The translations under genes were made by a program, and so were the position numbers. 64,000 nucleotides of DNA from contig JBBQRZ010000009.1 in assembly GCA_038214255.1 (NCBI GenBank), positions 25,129 through 89,128 of the forward strand, read 5' to 3'. Shown here in pieces: positions 25,732 through 34,206 of the stretch. Source of the DNA: Candidatus Limnocylindrales bacterium (lineage in GTDB: Bacteria > Chloroflexota > Limnocylindria > Limnocylindrales > CSP1-4). Below the pieces are notes generated by a model. That model had not been told where the DNA came from and made no database searches. It was given only the letters and a program-made list of their open reading frames with translations. Every line of letters starts with the position of its first letter. The first letter of the stretch is position 1.

Positions 25732-26898
25732 ATGAATACCGAAGAGCCAGCCCGTAACGGACCCAAGGAGTCTATCGAGCCTGGCGTCGAGGCTCGGACG
25801 GTGGTCGAGGACGCTCAGCGATTGTTCGATGCGGCTCCGTTGGGAGATGGCCGCCCCCGATCAGCCGACGACGGCGCCCGGTCGTCGTTGGATGCGGACC
25901 AATCAGCGGCCGACGCGGACCAGACGGCGTCCGACACGGACCAGACTGCGTCCGACACAGACCAGACCGCCTCGGGAACCGATCAAGCGATCGCCGACCG
26001 AGATCAGGTCGCCTCCGACCGCGACCAGGAGACGGCCGACCGCGACCACTCCACTCGGACCGGCCTGACAGTCGAGGACGAGACCGCATACCAGACCGCC
26101 AACCAGGAGCGGGACGCCGGGTCCATCGGGCGGCTCGTGAACCGAGTCACGCGCGGGCGTGTGGCGCACGAGCGTGACACGACGTCCATCCAACGCGATC
26201 GAACCGCATCGACACGCGATCGGGCCAGTGATACCCGTGAGGCGCCGAGAGCCGGCCCGCTCGTGGCGACGACCGACGCCGAGGCGTCCCTGATGCAGCA
26301 GCTCGATGAGCTTGCCGCCCGGGCCGCGGCCGAACGGGCGCGAGCAGCCGCGGATCGCGAGCGGGCCGCCAGGGATCGCGCCGAGAGCGCGCGGGAACGG
26401 GCGCGGCTCGAGGCGGAGCTGCGCTCAGCACATCTCGACGAGCTGACCGGCGCGTACCGGCGTGAGATGGGTCAACTGGCACTGTCCCATGAGATCGATC
26501 GGGCGCGACGTTCTGACGGGCGGTTCGTGGTGGCCTTCGTCGACGTCGATCGGCTCAAGGATGTGAACGACCACGATGGCCACGCAGCCGGCGATCGCGT
26601 GCTGCAGGCCGTGGCTCGCGCGATCCGCACGAGGCTTCGATCCTTCGACCCGATCATCCGCTACGGCGGCGACGAGTTCGTGTGCGGGCTCGGCGGGACG
26701 GACGTTGCGGAAGCGGAGCGCCGGTTCGAATCGATCGAGGTCGCGATCGAGACGGAGACCAGCGTCGGCATCAGCGTCGGCCTCGCGGTCCTGGCGGACG
26801 GCGACACCGCCGAACAGCTGACCGAACGGGCCGATGCCGCCATGCTCGAGGTCAAGGCGGTCCACCACTCGCGCGAGTACCCCGCACCCGGCGCCTGA
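25732..26898 (+). CDS. Diguanylate cyclase (GGDEF) with a long Asp/Gln/Arg-rich heptad-repeat and coiled-coil N-terminus
   Basis: The C-terminus is a GGDEF domain (DELTGAYRREMG...FVDVDRLKDVNDHDGHAAGDRVL...IRYGGDEFVCGL...AMLEVKA). The N-terminus is low complexity with DQxAxDx heptads and an ERARAAADRERAARDRAESARERARLEAELR coiled coil. Confidence 0.85.
   Translation: MNTEEPARNGPKESIEPGVEARTVVEDAQRLFDAAPLGDGRPRSADDGARSSLDADQSAADADQTASDTDQTASDTDQTASGTDQAIADRDQVASDRDQETADRDHSTRTGLTVEDETAYQTANQERDAGSIGRLVNRVTRGRVAHERDTTSIQRDRTASTRDRASDTREAPRAGPLVATTDAEASLMQQLDELAARAAAERARAAADRERAARDRAESARERARLEAELRSAHLDELTGAYRREMGQLALSHEIDRARRSDGRFVVAFVDVDRLKDVNDHDGHAAGDRVLQAVARAIRTRLRSFDPIIRYGGDEFVCGLGGTDVAEAERRFESIEVAIETETSVGISVGLAVLADGDTAEQLTERADAAMLEVKAVHHSREYPAPGA
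25891..26049 (+). repeat. About 7.6 tandem copies of a 21-bp (heptad-coding) repeat inside the GGDEF gene
   Basis: Encodes DADQSAA DADQTAS DTDQTAS DTDQTAS GTDQAIA DRDQVAS DRDQETA DRDH. The central three DNA units are nearly identical (gaccagacNgcgtccgacacN). Confidence 0.85.
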
Positions 26899-26927
26899 CC
26901 GACCGCGCCCGGCGGACTGGGCGTCGC

Positions 26928-27505
26928 CTACCGGCCCAGGAGCCCGAGCCCTTCGAGGATCAGGATCGACCCGAAGATCGCAAACGTTGCCGCCGCGCCG
27001 TAGCGGATCGCGCGCTCGGGCAGGCGCGAACCGAGCAGCTTGCCGACCGGATCGCGATGGCATCGGCCGCGACCATGCCGGCCGTCGAGCCGAGCCACGT
27101 GCCGACGGCCTCTTCTCGGGTCGCGAGGGTGATCGTCGCAAGCATCGTCTTGTCGCCGAGCTCGGCGAGGAAGAACGCCGTGCCGACCGCCACGATGATC
27201 GACCCGGTGGTGCGCGATGCCTTCGCGGCCTCGGCCTCGTCGAGTGCATCGCCCCGCAGCGTCCAGGCCGCGAAAACGAAGAAGGCCAAGCCGGCCACGA
27301 CCGCGATCGCGCCGGTCGGCAGCGCCGTGGCTACGACCGAACCCAGCACGACCGAGCCGAGGTGGACGATGAGTGTCGCGACGCTGATGCCGACGAGCAC
27401 GTCGATGGCGCGGTAGCGGGTCGCGAAGGCCAGCGCCATCAGCTGGCTCTTGTCGCCGAGTTCGGCGACGAAGATCACGCCAAAGCTCAGAAGGAAGGCT
27501 TCCAC
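26928..27505 (-). pseudogene. GDT1/TMEM165 (UPF0016) family Mn2+/Ca2+ transporter, frame-shifted near the 3' end
   Basis: Two ELGDK(S/T) motifs (VAELGDKSQL; LAELGDKTML). After VAADAIAI the ORF-track frame becomes Arg/Ser nonsense. Another frame continues VGKLLGSRLPERAIRYGAAATFAIFGSILILEGLGLLGR and stops at 26928-26930. The shift is near 27045-27053. Confidence 0.8.
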
Positions 27506-27544
27506 GTTTCGCGTGGGTCGAGCGGGGTCCAGCTGGGGCTCGGC

Positions 27545-27790
27545 TTATTGCTGATAGTGCTCCACGACGTCCACCGGGCGCAGCTGCGCGTCGTCCGGAT
27601 CCAGTCCGGCGGCGCGGCGCGCCTCGCGCTGATGCAGGAGGTCGTAGCAGCGATCCAGCTCGACCTTGATCTCGTCGAGGCGCTCGCTGGCGTCGGTGCT
27701 CAGTCCATCGCCGCGCCCGGCCTCCGCATAGAGCTGCTCCTCTTCGGCCGATAGGGCGTTGATGTATCCGAAGATGTCGGGGTCAGTCAT
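27545..27790 (-). CDS. DUF2630 family protein
   Basis: MTDPDIFGYINALSAEEEQLYAEAGRGDGLSTDASERLDEIKVELDRCYDLLHQREARRAAGLDPDDA is the DUF2630 pattern. GAGGAG lies upstream of ATG 27790. Confidence 0.8.
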   Translation of the reverse strand: MTDPDIFGYINALSAEEEQLYAEAGRGDGLSTDASERLDEIKVELDRCYDLLHQREARRAAGLDPDDAQLRPVDVVEHYQQ

Positions 27791-27824
27791 GACGTCTCCT
27801 CGTTGGGGCGGTGCGACGTCATCG

Positions 27825-28058
27825 TCACCCAACGGCGAGATCCGCGCTGACCAGCGAGTCATTCGCGCCGGACCAGCTCCAGCTCGCCTCGGGACTCACG
27901 GCTCGATCGGCCGTCTGACCCCTCGACCTGGCCATCGCCGCGACGAAGGCCGCGTGGCGGCGGGACACGATCCGCGCGTCCTTGCACGGGCAGCCATCGA
28001 CGAGACAGGCCCGCCGTATTGGCTGGTCTTGGGTCGTTGCGTCCTGTGTGGCATCCAT
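27825..28058 (-). CDS. Hypothetical small Cys-containing protein (77 aa)
   Basis: ATG is preceded by GGGAG at 8 nt. MDATQDATTQDQPIRRACLVDGCPCKDARIVSRRHAAF. Moderate GC3 bias. No family recognised. Confidence 0.3.
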   Translation of the reverse strand: MDATQDATTQDQPIRRACLVDGCPCKDARIVSRRHAAFVAAMARSRGQTADRAVSPEASWSWSGANDSLVSADLAVG

Positions 28059-28206
28059 CGTTCCGACTCCCTACCCTATCGACCGTCCGGATCCTCCGGG
28101 CGATGTCGACAGATTGGGCTCGGACGAGGGCACGGCCATCGGGCGGTGGGCGCGTCGCCGATGGCGATGGCGCCTCAATCCTCCCTCGCGGCCGGACCTT
28201 GCTACC

Positions 28207-28881
28207 TTACCGGCGCTCATCGATCGGAAGACCGAGCGCCGCGAGCTTGCGGCGCAGCGCGGCCGCTCCGTCGAACTGGATCGCGATCAACCCGAGCGCG
28301 GAGGCCGCCTGGACATTGGCCGCCGAGTCGTCGATGAAGACGGTCGTGGCCGGATCGAGGTCGTGGCACTCGAGCAGGTGCCGGAAGATCCGCTCGTCGG
28401 GCTTGGCCACGCCGACCTCGCCGGAGATGACGACGGCCGCGAACGAATCGAGGAACGGGTAGCGTGGCCGGGCCAGGGGGAACGTCTCCGCAGACCAGTT
28501 GCTCAGCGCGTAGGTCGGCACCCCGGCTTGCTGCAGCTCGGCGAGGATCGCGACGGTCGGTTCGATCGCATCACCGAGCGTCTCCGGCCAACGCCGCCAG
28601 TAGGCCTCGATGAGCTCCCGTTGATCTGGATGCTCAAGCGCGAGCGTCTCGACGGCTTCCGCGAACGGCCGGCCAGCGTCCTGCCGGACGTTCCACGCCG
28701 GATTACAGACGTCCGCGAGGAATCGTTCCATCGCCGCGTCATCGCCGGCGAACAGCGGCCGATACAGGTAGCGCGGATCCCAGTCGATGAGGACGCCGCC
28801 CAGGTCGAACACGACGGCCACCGGACGTGCGCGGGGCGACACTCCCCCGTGGGCCGGGCGTTGATCGGATGCTGACGTCAT
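28207..28881 (-). CDS. HAD-superfamily hydrolase (subfamily IA)
   Basis: Motif I VVFDLGGVLIDW, motif II YALSNW, motif III/IV GVAKPDERIF...VFIDDSAANV. ATG 28881 (MTSASDQ) is preferred over the long ORF-track start. Confidence 0.85.
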   Translation of the reverse strand: MTSASDQRPAHGGVSPRARPVAVVFDLGGVLIDWDPRYLYRPLFAGDDAAMERFLADVCNPAWNVRQDAGRPFAEAVETLALEHPDQRELIEAYWRRWPETLGDAIEPTVAILAELQQAGVPTYALSNWSAETFPLARPRYPFLDSFAAVVISGEVGVAKPDERIFRHLLECHDLDPATTVFIDDSAANVQAASALGLIAIQFDGAAALRRKLAALGLPIDERR

Positions 28882-28929
28882 CACCTCGCAGTCTCGCAGA
28901 GGATCGGGCCATTGCGCTGGTACCTGCGG

Positions 28930-29607
28930 ATGCACACACTCGACGCCTCGCCGCAGGGAGTCGCCGTGCTCGCCGAACCCGGGGTCATCCGTCTCCTCCG
29001 ATTTCGGCCCGCCAAGGCGGCGTTCGATGCCGTCCTTCGAACCCAGGTCGTGCCCGCCATGCGCCAATGCGACGAGCTCGTCGACGTCTTCGCCGGGCGG
29101 AGGGGCCCGGGCGACCATGGGCCCCGGCTCGTCGCTTCGGCATGGCGCTCGCCCGAATCGATGCTCGCGGCCGTCGGCGCCTCGCGCGAGATCGATGGGA
29201 ACGGCCTGGAGCCGGAGGATGGCTCGACCGAGAGCGAGCTCCTGTGGCTACCCCTGGCCTTCGCATTCCGCGGCGACGCCCGCGGCCTGCCGGCGGTGCT
29301 GCGGCTCGTGACCGGCCAGGTGCGGCCCGACGAGCTCGAGACCTACATCACCGACGCCCACGCCCGGACGATCGCCGATGCGGCTGCCGGGCGCGGTCCC
29401 GTGGCGCTCTATCTCGCGCCTGATCCGCCCGATTCGTTTCGGACGCTGTCCGTGTGGATCGACTGGGAGACGTTGCAGCAGGCGACGGGCGGCGACGTCA
29501 ATCGCCCGATCGCGACCCGCCACGCCGAGCGGCTCCTGGAATGGGAAGCGGAGCATTACGAGATCCTCCCGGGCATCGTCGATCCCGTCGGGGCACCGCG
29601 CATCTAG
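28930..29607 (+). CDS. Hypothetical protein with two tandem ABM/Dabb-like (ferredoxin-fold) halves
   Basis: An internal duplication is visible: VIRLLRFRPAKAAFDAVLRTQVVPAM...ASAWRSPESMLAAVG versus VLRLVTGQVRPDELETYITDAHARTI...LSVWIDWETLQQATG. The start is ATG 28930 or 28912. Confidence 0.5.
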   Translation: MHTLDASPQGVAVLAEPGVIRLLRFRPAKAAFDAVLRTQVVPAMRQCDELVDVFAGRRGPGDHGPRLVASAWRSPESMLAAVGASREIDGNGLEPEDGSTESELLWLPLAFAFRGDARGLPAVLRLVTGQVRPDELETYITDAHARTIADAAAGRGPVALYLAPDPPDSFRTLSVWIDWETLQQATGGDVNRPIATRHAERLLEWEAEHYEILPGIVDPVGAPRI

Positions 29608-29613
29608 GCGCGT

Positions 29614-29979
29614 TCAGCGAGGATCGCGCTCTTCCGGGCGCCCCCGGGCGGCATCGGCGGCCTCGCCGTCGGGCGGCGGTGGACCGTGGAGTGCGCGCGT
29701 GAGTCCGACGGCCAGGAGCGCGCCGATCGCCGGGCCCAGCCAGTAGATCCACAGGTCCCCGAGATCCATCACCGCGACCGCGGGCCCGAACGAGCGGGCC
29801 GGGTTCATCGACGCGCCTTCGATCGGGAGTGCGATGAGCCCGCAGAGGGCGATCGTGCCGCCCACGGCGAGGGCCGCATTCGGGCCGACGATCTGGTGCC
29901 GGTCCGCGGTGCCGAGGATGACCGTGATCAGGAACAGGGTCAGGATCGCTTCGACGGCGAGCGCTGTCGCGTCGGCCAC
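29614..29979 (-). pseudogene. C-terminal half of an MIP/aquaporin channel (N-terminal half missing)
   Basis: 121-aa ORF with TM4-TM6 and the second NPA box (PIEGASMNPARSFGPAV...LWIYWLGPAIGALLAVGL). Upstream there are only ~165 nt to the preceding MFS gene, with an in-frame stop, so the first NPA repeat is absent. Confidence 0.7.
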
Positions 29980-30143
29980 GTAGGGCGTCGAGACGCCCGC
30001 GCTGGCGGCGGAACCGAACAGACCTTTCTCCTTGCTGCCTGCGTTTGGTGGGCACGAACGTAGGTCTCGGCGGCTCGCAGCGACATGACCGCGGCCGCGT
30101 CGCGGCTATCCAGCGTCGGGCGAACGTCCCCCGGGACGAGGAG

Positions 30144-31583
30144 CTAGCCGAGGGGTCCGCCCGTCCCCGCCTGCACGGCGGCGGTCCGGCTGCCGGGCAG
30201 CCCGAACGACGCGACGACGACGATCGCCGCCACCGCGGCCAGCAACCCGAACCCGAGGGAGATGCCGGCACCCGTGACAGCACCGCCCAGGACGGCTCCG
30301 GCGAGGCTCGCCCCGATGACGCCGCCGAGATAGCGCCCGGTGTAATACGTGCCGGCGGCCATGCCGACCCGGTCGGGCCCGATCATTTCCAGCGCCGCCG
30401 CCTGGCGAGGCGATCCCGACAGCCCCATTCCGAATCCGACGACCGAGAGCGCCGCCGCGAGCACGAGCGACGACGCTACGGGCGCCACCTGCCACAGGAC
30501 GGCTAGGGCCAGCGCCGTCGCGACCATGCCAGCGATCGCCGGCGCCCGCCGCCCGACTCGGTCGGAGATGCGGCCGCCGTACGGGGCGGCGATCGCACCG
30601 AGCCCCGAGATCCCGAGGAGGACGAGGCCGGTGGCCTCGGGCGATCCGTGCTGCAGCCGTTCCACGAGCAGCGGTACCAGCAGGAAGCATCCGTGGAGCA
30701 CGACCGTTGCACCAAACACGCCCGTGATCGCCGCCGCGAACGGCTTCGACGCGAACAGTCGCGGGTCCACCGCGGGATGCGCCGTACGAAGTTCGAGCAC
30801 GAGGAATGCCCCAAGCAGCGGCAGGATGGCGATAGCCGCGACGGCTCCCGCGGGCCCGGCTGCGGCGCCTCGGAGCGCGACGAGCAGCGCGATGAGCGTC
30901 GCCGCCAGCAGGCCGAGGCCCGGCAGGTCGATGGGGCGCGGGCGCGCGCCCATGGCGTCGTCGACTGGCACCGTGCGCGGCGGCGCCAGGACCCCGACCG
31001 CGACTGCCGCGATGAGCGCTACCGGAGCCGCGACGAAGAACATCGCGCGCCACCCGAACCAGCCGACGATGAGCCCGCCGATGAGCGGCCCGAGGGCGGC
31101 GCTCGTCGAGACGAGCATGTCGAACAATCCAAAGGCGGCGCCCCGACGATCCGGCGGTGCTTCCATCCGCACGAGCGCGATCGCGCTTGTCGAGACGAGC
31201 GCCCCGCTCATGGCCTGGAGGACCCGCGACGCAGCGAGGACCGCGAAGGACCAGGCGGACGCCGCCAGCAATGAGGCGAGTCCGAATGCGACGACGCCGA
31301 CGAGGAACATCCGCCGGTGCCCGACCCGGTCGCCGAGGCTGCCACTGGCCGGCAATGACACGGCCACGGCTCCCAGGTAGACCGTTACGAGCGAGGCCAC
31401 GGTCGCCGGATCCACGCCGAAGGTGTCCATGACGCTCGGCAGGGCGACGGCCAGCATCGTGGAGTTGATCGGCACGAGGACCGAGCCGGCCGCGATGCCG
31501 AGCATCGTGGCCGTCAGGAGCCGCTCGGTGGTCGGGCTGGGTCCAGGCCCGGCGACCGGCGGGTCGCCGGGGCTGTCGATCAC
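30144..31583 (-). CDS. MFS transporter, DHA2-like drug:H+ antiporter
   Basis: Many TM segments and MFS motifs (GSLGDRVGHRRMFLVG; GGRISDRVGRR). The GTG start at 31583 overlaps the TGA stop of the upstream PEP-utilising gene (GTGA). Confidence 0.85.
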   Translation of the reverse strand: MIDSPGDPPVAGPGPSPTTERLLTATMLGIAAGSVLVPINSTMLAVALPSVMDTFGVDPATVASLVTVYLGAVAVSLPASGSLGDRVGHRRMFLVGVVAFGLASLLAASAWSFAVLAASRVLQAMSGALVSTSAIALVRMEAPPDRRGAAFGLFDMLVSTSAALGPLIGGLIVGWFGWRAMFFVAAPVALIAAVAVGVLAPPRTVPVDDAMGARPRPIDLPGLGLLAATLIALLVALRGAAAGPAGAVAAIAILPLLGAFLVLELRTAHPAVDPRLFASKPFAAAITGVFGATVVLHGCFLLVPLLVERLQHGSPEATGLVLLGISGLGAIAAPYGGRISDRVGRRAPAIAGMVATALALAVLWQVAPVASSLVLAAALSVVGFGMGLSGSPRQAAALEMIGPDRVGMAAGTYYTGRYLGGVIGASLAGAVLGGAVTGAGISLGFGLLAAVAAIVVVASFGLPGSRTAAVQAGTGGPLG

Positions 31584-33217
31584 AGGATGCGAACGAGTCC
31601 GGTCGTCCCGTCGAGCTCGACGGTCGTTCCCTCCGCGATGCGGAACGTCGCGTCGCCGAGGCCCACGACCGCGGGCAGCGCGAACTCGCGGGCGACGACA
31701 GCGGCATGCGACAGGACGCCGCCAGTGTTGGTGAGGAGCCCTCCGGCGATGCCGAACAGCGGCACCCACGACGGATTCGACGAGGGCGCAACGATGATGT
31801 CGCCGGCCTCGACCCGCCCGAAGTCGTTCGGCCCGAGCACGATCCGGGCCGTGCCGCGGACGATCCCGGCCGACGCACCCGTTCCCCGCAGCGTTCTGTC
31901 GTCCGCCGGCTTGAAACGGTCACCATCGAACCGGTCGCCGACCGCGCCACCATCCTCCGGCTGCTTCCCGACGTGCCGCGGGGGCGTGATCATCGCCTGG
32001 CGAGCGTGCTCGGCCCGCCGTTCGGTCACGAAGGCCTGGCGGTCGGCGGGCCTCCGCACCAAGGTCGGCACGTCCGTGCGCCGGACGAACAGGATGTCCG
32101 TCGGGACGCCCAGTACCCCGGTCGAGACGAGGCGTGCCGCGACCCGCATGACGAACCCGCGCAGGCAGGATTGGATGAGCCGATCGATCCAGTAGTTGTG
32201 GACCTCGGTCAACGGCCCGACATCGCGGGCGAAGGCCAGCAATTCCTCGAACCGGGCAAGTCGCTCGTGGTCGCCCGCCAGCTTCGCCCGCACCCCGTCG
32301 GCGAGCGTCTCGGCCTCGGCGAGGAGCCGGGCCCGACGATCGTCGGCCGACGGCCCTGGATTCCGCAGACGCCGGCCGAGGTCGGCCAGCAGCATCCCCG
32401 GCTCTTCGCTCCAGGATGGGAACGCGAGGTCGTCGAAGCTGCCCCCGAGGTGGCCGTGCTCGTCGAGGAAGCGACGGACCTCGGTGATGAAGGCACCGGC
32501 CGTCGGGTCGGCCTCGAGGTCGTCGAGGGTCGGCCGGTCGTCGCGCAGCAGTCGTTCCGCGATCGTCGGCTCGGCTTCGGCAATCTCCGCCAGACGGTCC
32601 AGTCCCCGCTCGACCGCGTGCAGCTCGTCGATCGCGCCCTGGGTCAGCCGTACGGCCTCGCCCGGGGGCGCATCGGGGAAGACCGACTCGTACAGGTCGG
32701 CCAGGTCCTCCATGACCTGATAGGGACCGCTGATCGCGTAGAAATGGATGCTCCAACCGCGTTCCGCAAGGCGCCAGGCGATGTCCCACGCCTGGGCCAG
32801 CTTGTCGGCCGGGAGCTCCTCGACGCGGACTGACCGGAACCATTGGCGGATCCGGCGTAGCTCGGGCACGGCTCGCTGGTCCCAATACGCTCGCACCTCG
32901 CGGATGTGCTGGCGGTGGCGCTCAGTGAGGGCCGCCTGGCCGGCCGCTCGTCCTGCCTCATCTCCCGGCCACGCCCGGCGCATCGCGAAGTACGCGTAGC
33001 CGTTCCAGACGCGACCCAGGAACTCGAGCGGCGCCTCGAACCTGGCCGCACCGTAGCCGTAGCCATGGGCGATGACCGCGATGTAGTCGGTCGTCAGCGG
33101 GGCGACCACGTGCGGCATGTGCATGTCGTCTCGTTCCCAGGTCAGCTCCGCGTCGGTCGGGTCGTCCCAGGTCACCGGGAAGTCGACCGCCGGCATGGTC
33201 GCGTCCGAGGTCGTCAT
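31580..33217 (-). CDS. PEP-utilising enzyme, central domain plus C-terminal mobile phospho-histidine domain (PpsA/RPH C-terminal-like subunit)
   Basis: The C-terminus is LRGTGASAGIVRGTARIVLGPNDFGRVEAGDIIVAPSSNPSWVPLFGIAGGLLTNTGGVLSHAAVVAREFALPAVVG, the swivel-domain signature with the catalytic His. The ~440-aa helical N-terminal region begins FPVTWDDPTDAELTWERDDMHMP. ATG 33217 lies 10 nt after the upstream stop. Confidence 0.85.
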   Translation of the reverse strand: MTTSDATMPAVDFPVTWDDPTDAELTWERDDMHMPHVVAPLTTDYIAVIAHGYGYGAARFEAPLEFLGRVWNGYAYFAMRRAWPGDEAGRAAGQAALTERHRQHIREVRAYWDQRAVPELRRIRQWFRSVRVEELPADKLAQAWDIAWRLAERGWSIHFYAISGPYQVMEDLADLYESVFPDAPPGEAVRLTQGAIDELHAVERGLDRLAEIAEAEPTIAERLLRDDRPTLDDLEADPTAGAFITEVRRFLDEHGHLGGSFDDLAFPSWSEEPGMLLADLGRRLRNPGPSADDRRARLLAEAETLADGVRAKLAGDHERLARFEELLAFARDVGPLTEVHNYWIDRLIQSCLRGFVMRVAARLVSTGVLGVPTDILFVRRTDVPTLVRRPADRQAFVTERRAEHARQAMITPPRHVGKQPEDGGAVGDRFDGDRFKPADDRTLRGTGASAGIVRGTARIVLGPNDFGRVEAGDIIVAPSSNPSWVPLFGIAGGLLTNTGGVLSHAAVVAREFALPAVVGLGDATFRIAEGTTVELDGTTGLVRIL

Positions 33218-33227
33218 TCGGGTCACC

Positions 33228-34206
33228 TCAACGCGTCGTGATGGGACGGGCCTGGAGCAGGTACCAACGACCGGCCGATCGTGCCGCCTCGAGATCGACA
33301 TGCGCCCCGAATCGCCGTTCGACCTCGCAGGCGAGCTTGACGAGCTCCTTCAGCGCGATGTCGTCGAGGGCGGGGGTCCCAGGCGGATTCGGCCGGCGGA
33401 CCACGCCGGTCTCGAGCGCCACGAGGATCTCCCCCGTTGCGCCTGGGGTGAAGTTGACGACAGCGCGGCTCGCCTTGTCGACGACGATCGTGTCGGGCGT
33501 GACCGTTCCGGCCACCATCGGTTCGCCGAGACCGGGAATCGCGTTGATCAGGATCTGGTCGTCGCGTCCGGTGACCGGGTGGCGGGTGAAGACGACGGCC
33601 GCCGTATCGGCCGGCACGAGTGCCTGGACGACCACGGCCATCCCGAGCTCGTCGAGGGAGACCTGCCGACGCACGCGATATGCGACCGCTTCGGTACTCC
33701 ACAGCGACGCCCAACAGCGGCGGACCGCGCGCTCGATGTCGTCGGGGGCCACGCCAAGCTCGGTGTCGTGGAGGCCGGCAAACGACGCGGTCGCGCCGTC
33801 CTCATCGATCGCCGAGGATCGGACCGCAACGCGCAGCGGGGCGGGCGACGTAGCTCGGAGCAGGTCGACGGCCTCCCGGAGGGCCTCGCGGACGGTCGGC
33901 GCGAGCGGAGATCCGTCAATGAGCGCCGCGACGGTCGTTCGCGCCGTTTCCGCGGGCAGTGCGGCAATGGCATCATGAAACGCGGCCTGATCCGGGATCG
34001 CCGCGATGTGGGCGTCGAACGCCGCCGTCGTCAGGCAGAAGCCGGGCGGTACCGTGAAGCCGAGCCGAGCCAGCCGGTCGAGCGACGCCCCTTTGCCACC
34101 GAGCAGACGCGCGTCGACCGCGTCGGTGCCAAGGACGGCAACGAGCGCCTGGGACGCGGTGACGGTGGCGGCCGGATCCGCTCGGATGGCCCAGCTCCCT
34201 TGTCAC
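33228..34206 (-). CDS. PPDK_N-type ATP-grasp (ATP/AMP-binding) subunit of a PEP-synthase-like phosphotransferase; 5' end probably frame-shifted
   Basis: The reverse frame reads LLGGKGASLDRLARLGFTVPPGFCLTT...RSSAIDEDGATASFAGLHDT...CWASLWSTEAVAYR...NAIPGLGEPMVAG...RWYLLQARPITTR. The conserved frame has no ATG/GTG/TTG back to its upstream stop. A GTG at 34206 overlaps the serine-hydrolase stop (GTGA) but is in another frame, implying a 1-nt shift between ~34165 and 34206. ATC 34187 behind GGGAG is the alternative. Confidence 0.7.

Noticed and set aside
25891-26049. Possible CRISPR-like or non-coding tandem repeats (also the 12-bp units at 48160-48228)
   Set aside because: Both arrays are in frame inside genes, have no spacers, and encode heptad or PTPA peptide repeats. 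No CRISPR-type repeat-spacer architecture or cas genes occur anywhere in the window.
26723-26732. tRNA T-arm-like string GGTTCGAATC
   Set aside because: It lies in frame inside the GGDEF coding region, and no acceptor/anticodon stems can be drawn around it. I found no convincing tRNA, rRNA, tmRNA or RNase P sequence in the window.
27506-27544. yybP-ykoY (Mn2+) riboswitch expected in front of the GDT1/UPF0016 transporter
   Set aside because: Only 39 nt separate the transporter start from the upstream DUF2630 stop, which is too short for the four-helix riboswitch.
9604-34190. GGATCC/GATCCGG strings coinciding with three suspected frame shifts (9605-9610, 27047-27053, 34175-34182), suggesting a site-specific process
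   Set aside because: GATC-containing hexamers are frequent throughout this sequence, for example in Asp-Pro/Gly-Ser/Ile-Arg codon pairs. Other frame shifts lack the string. Most likely coincidence.
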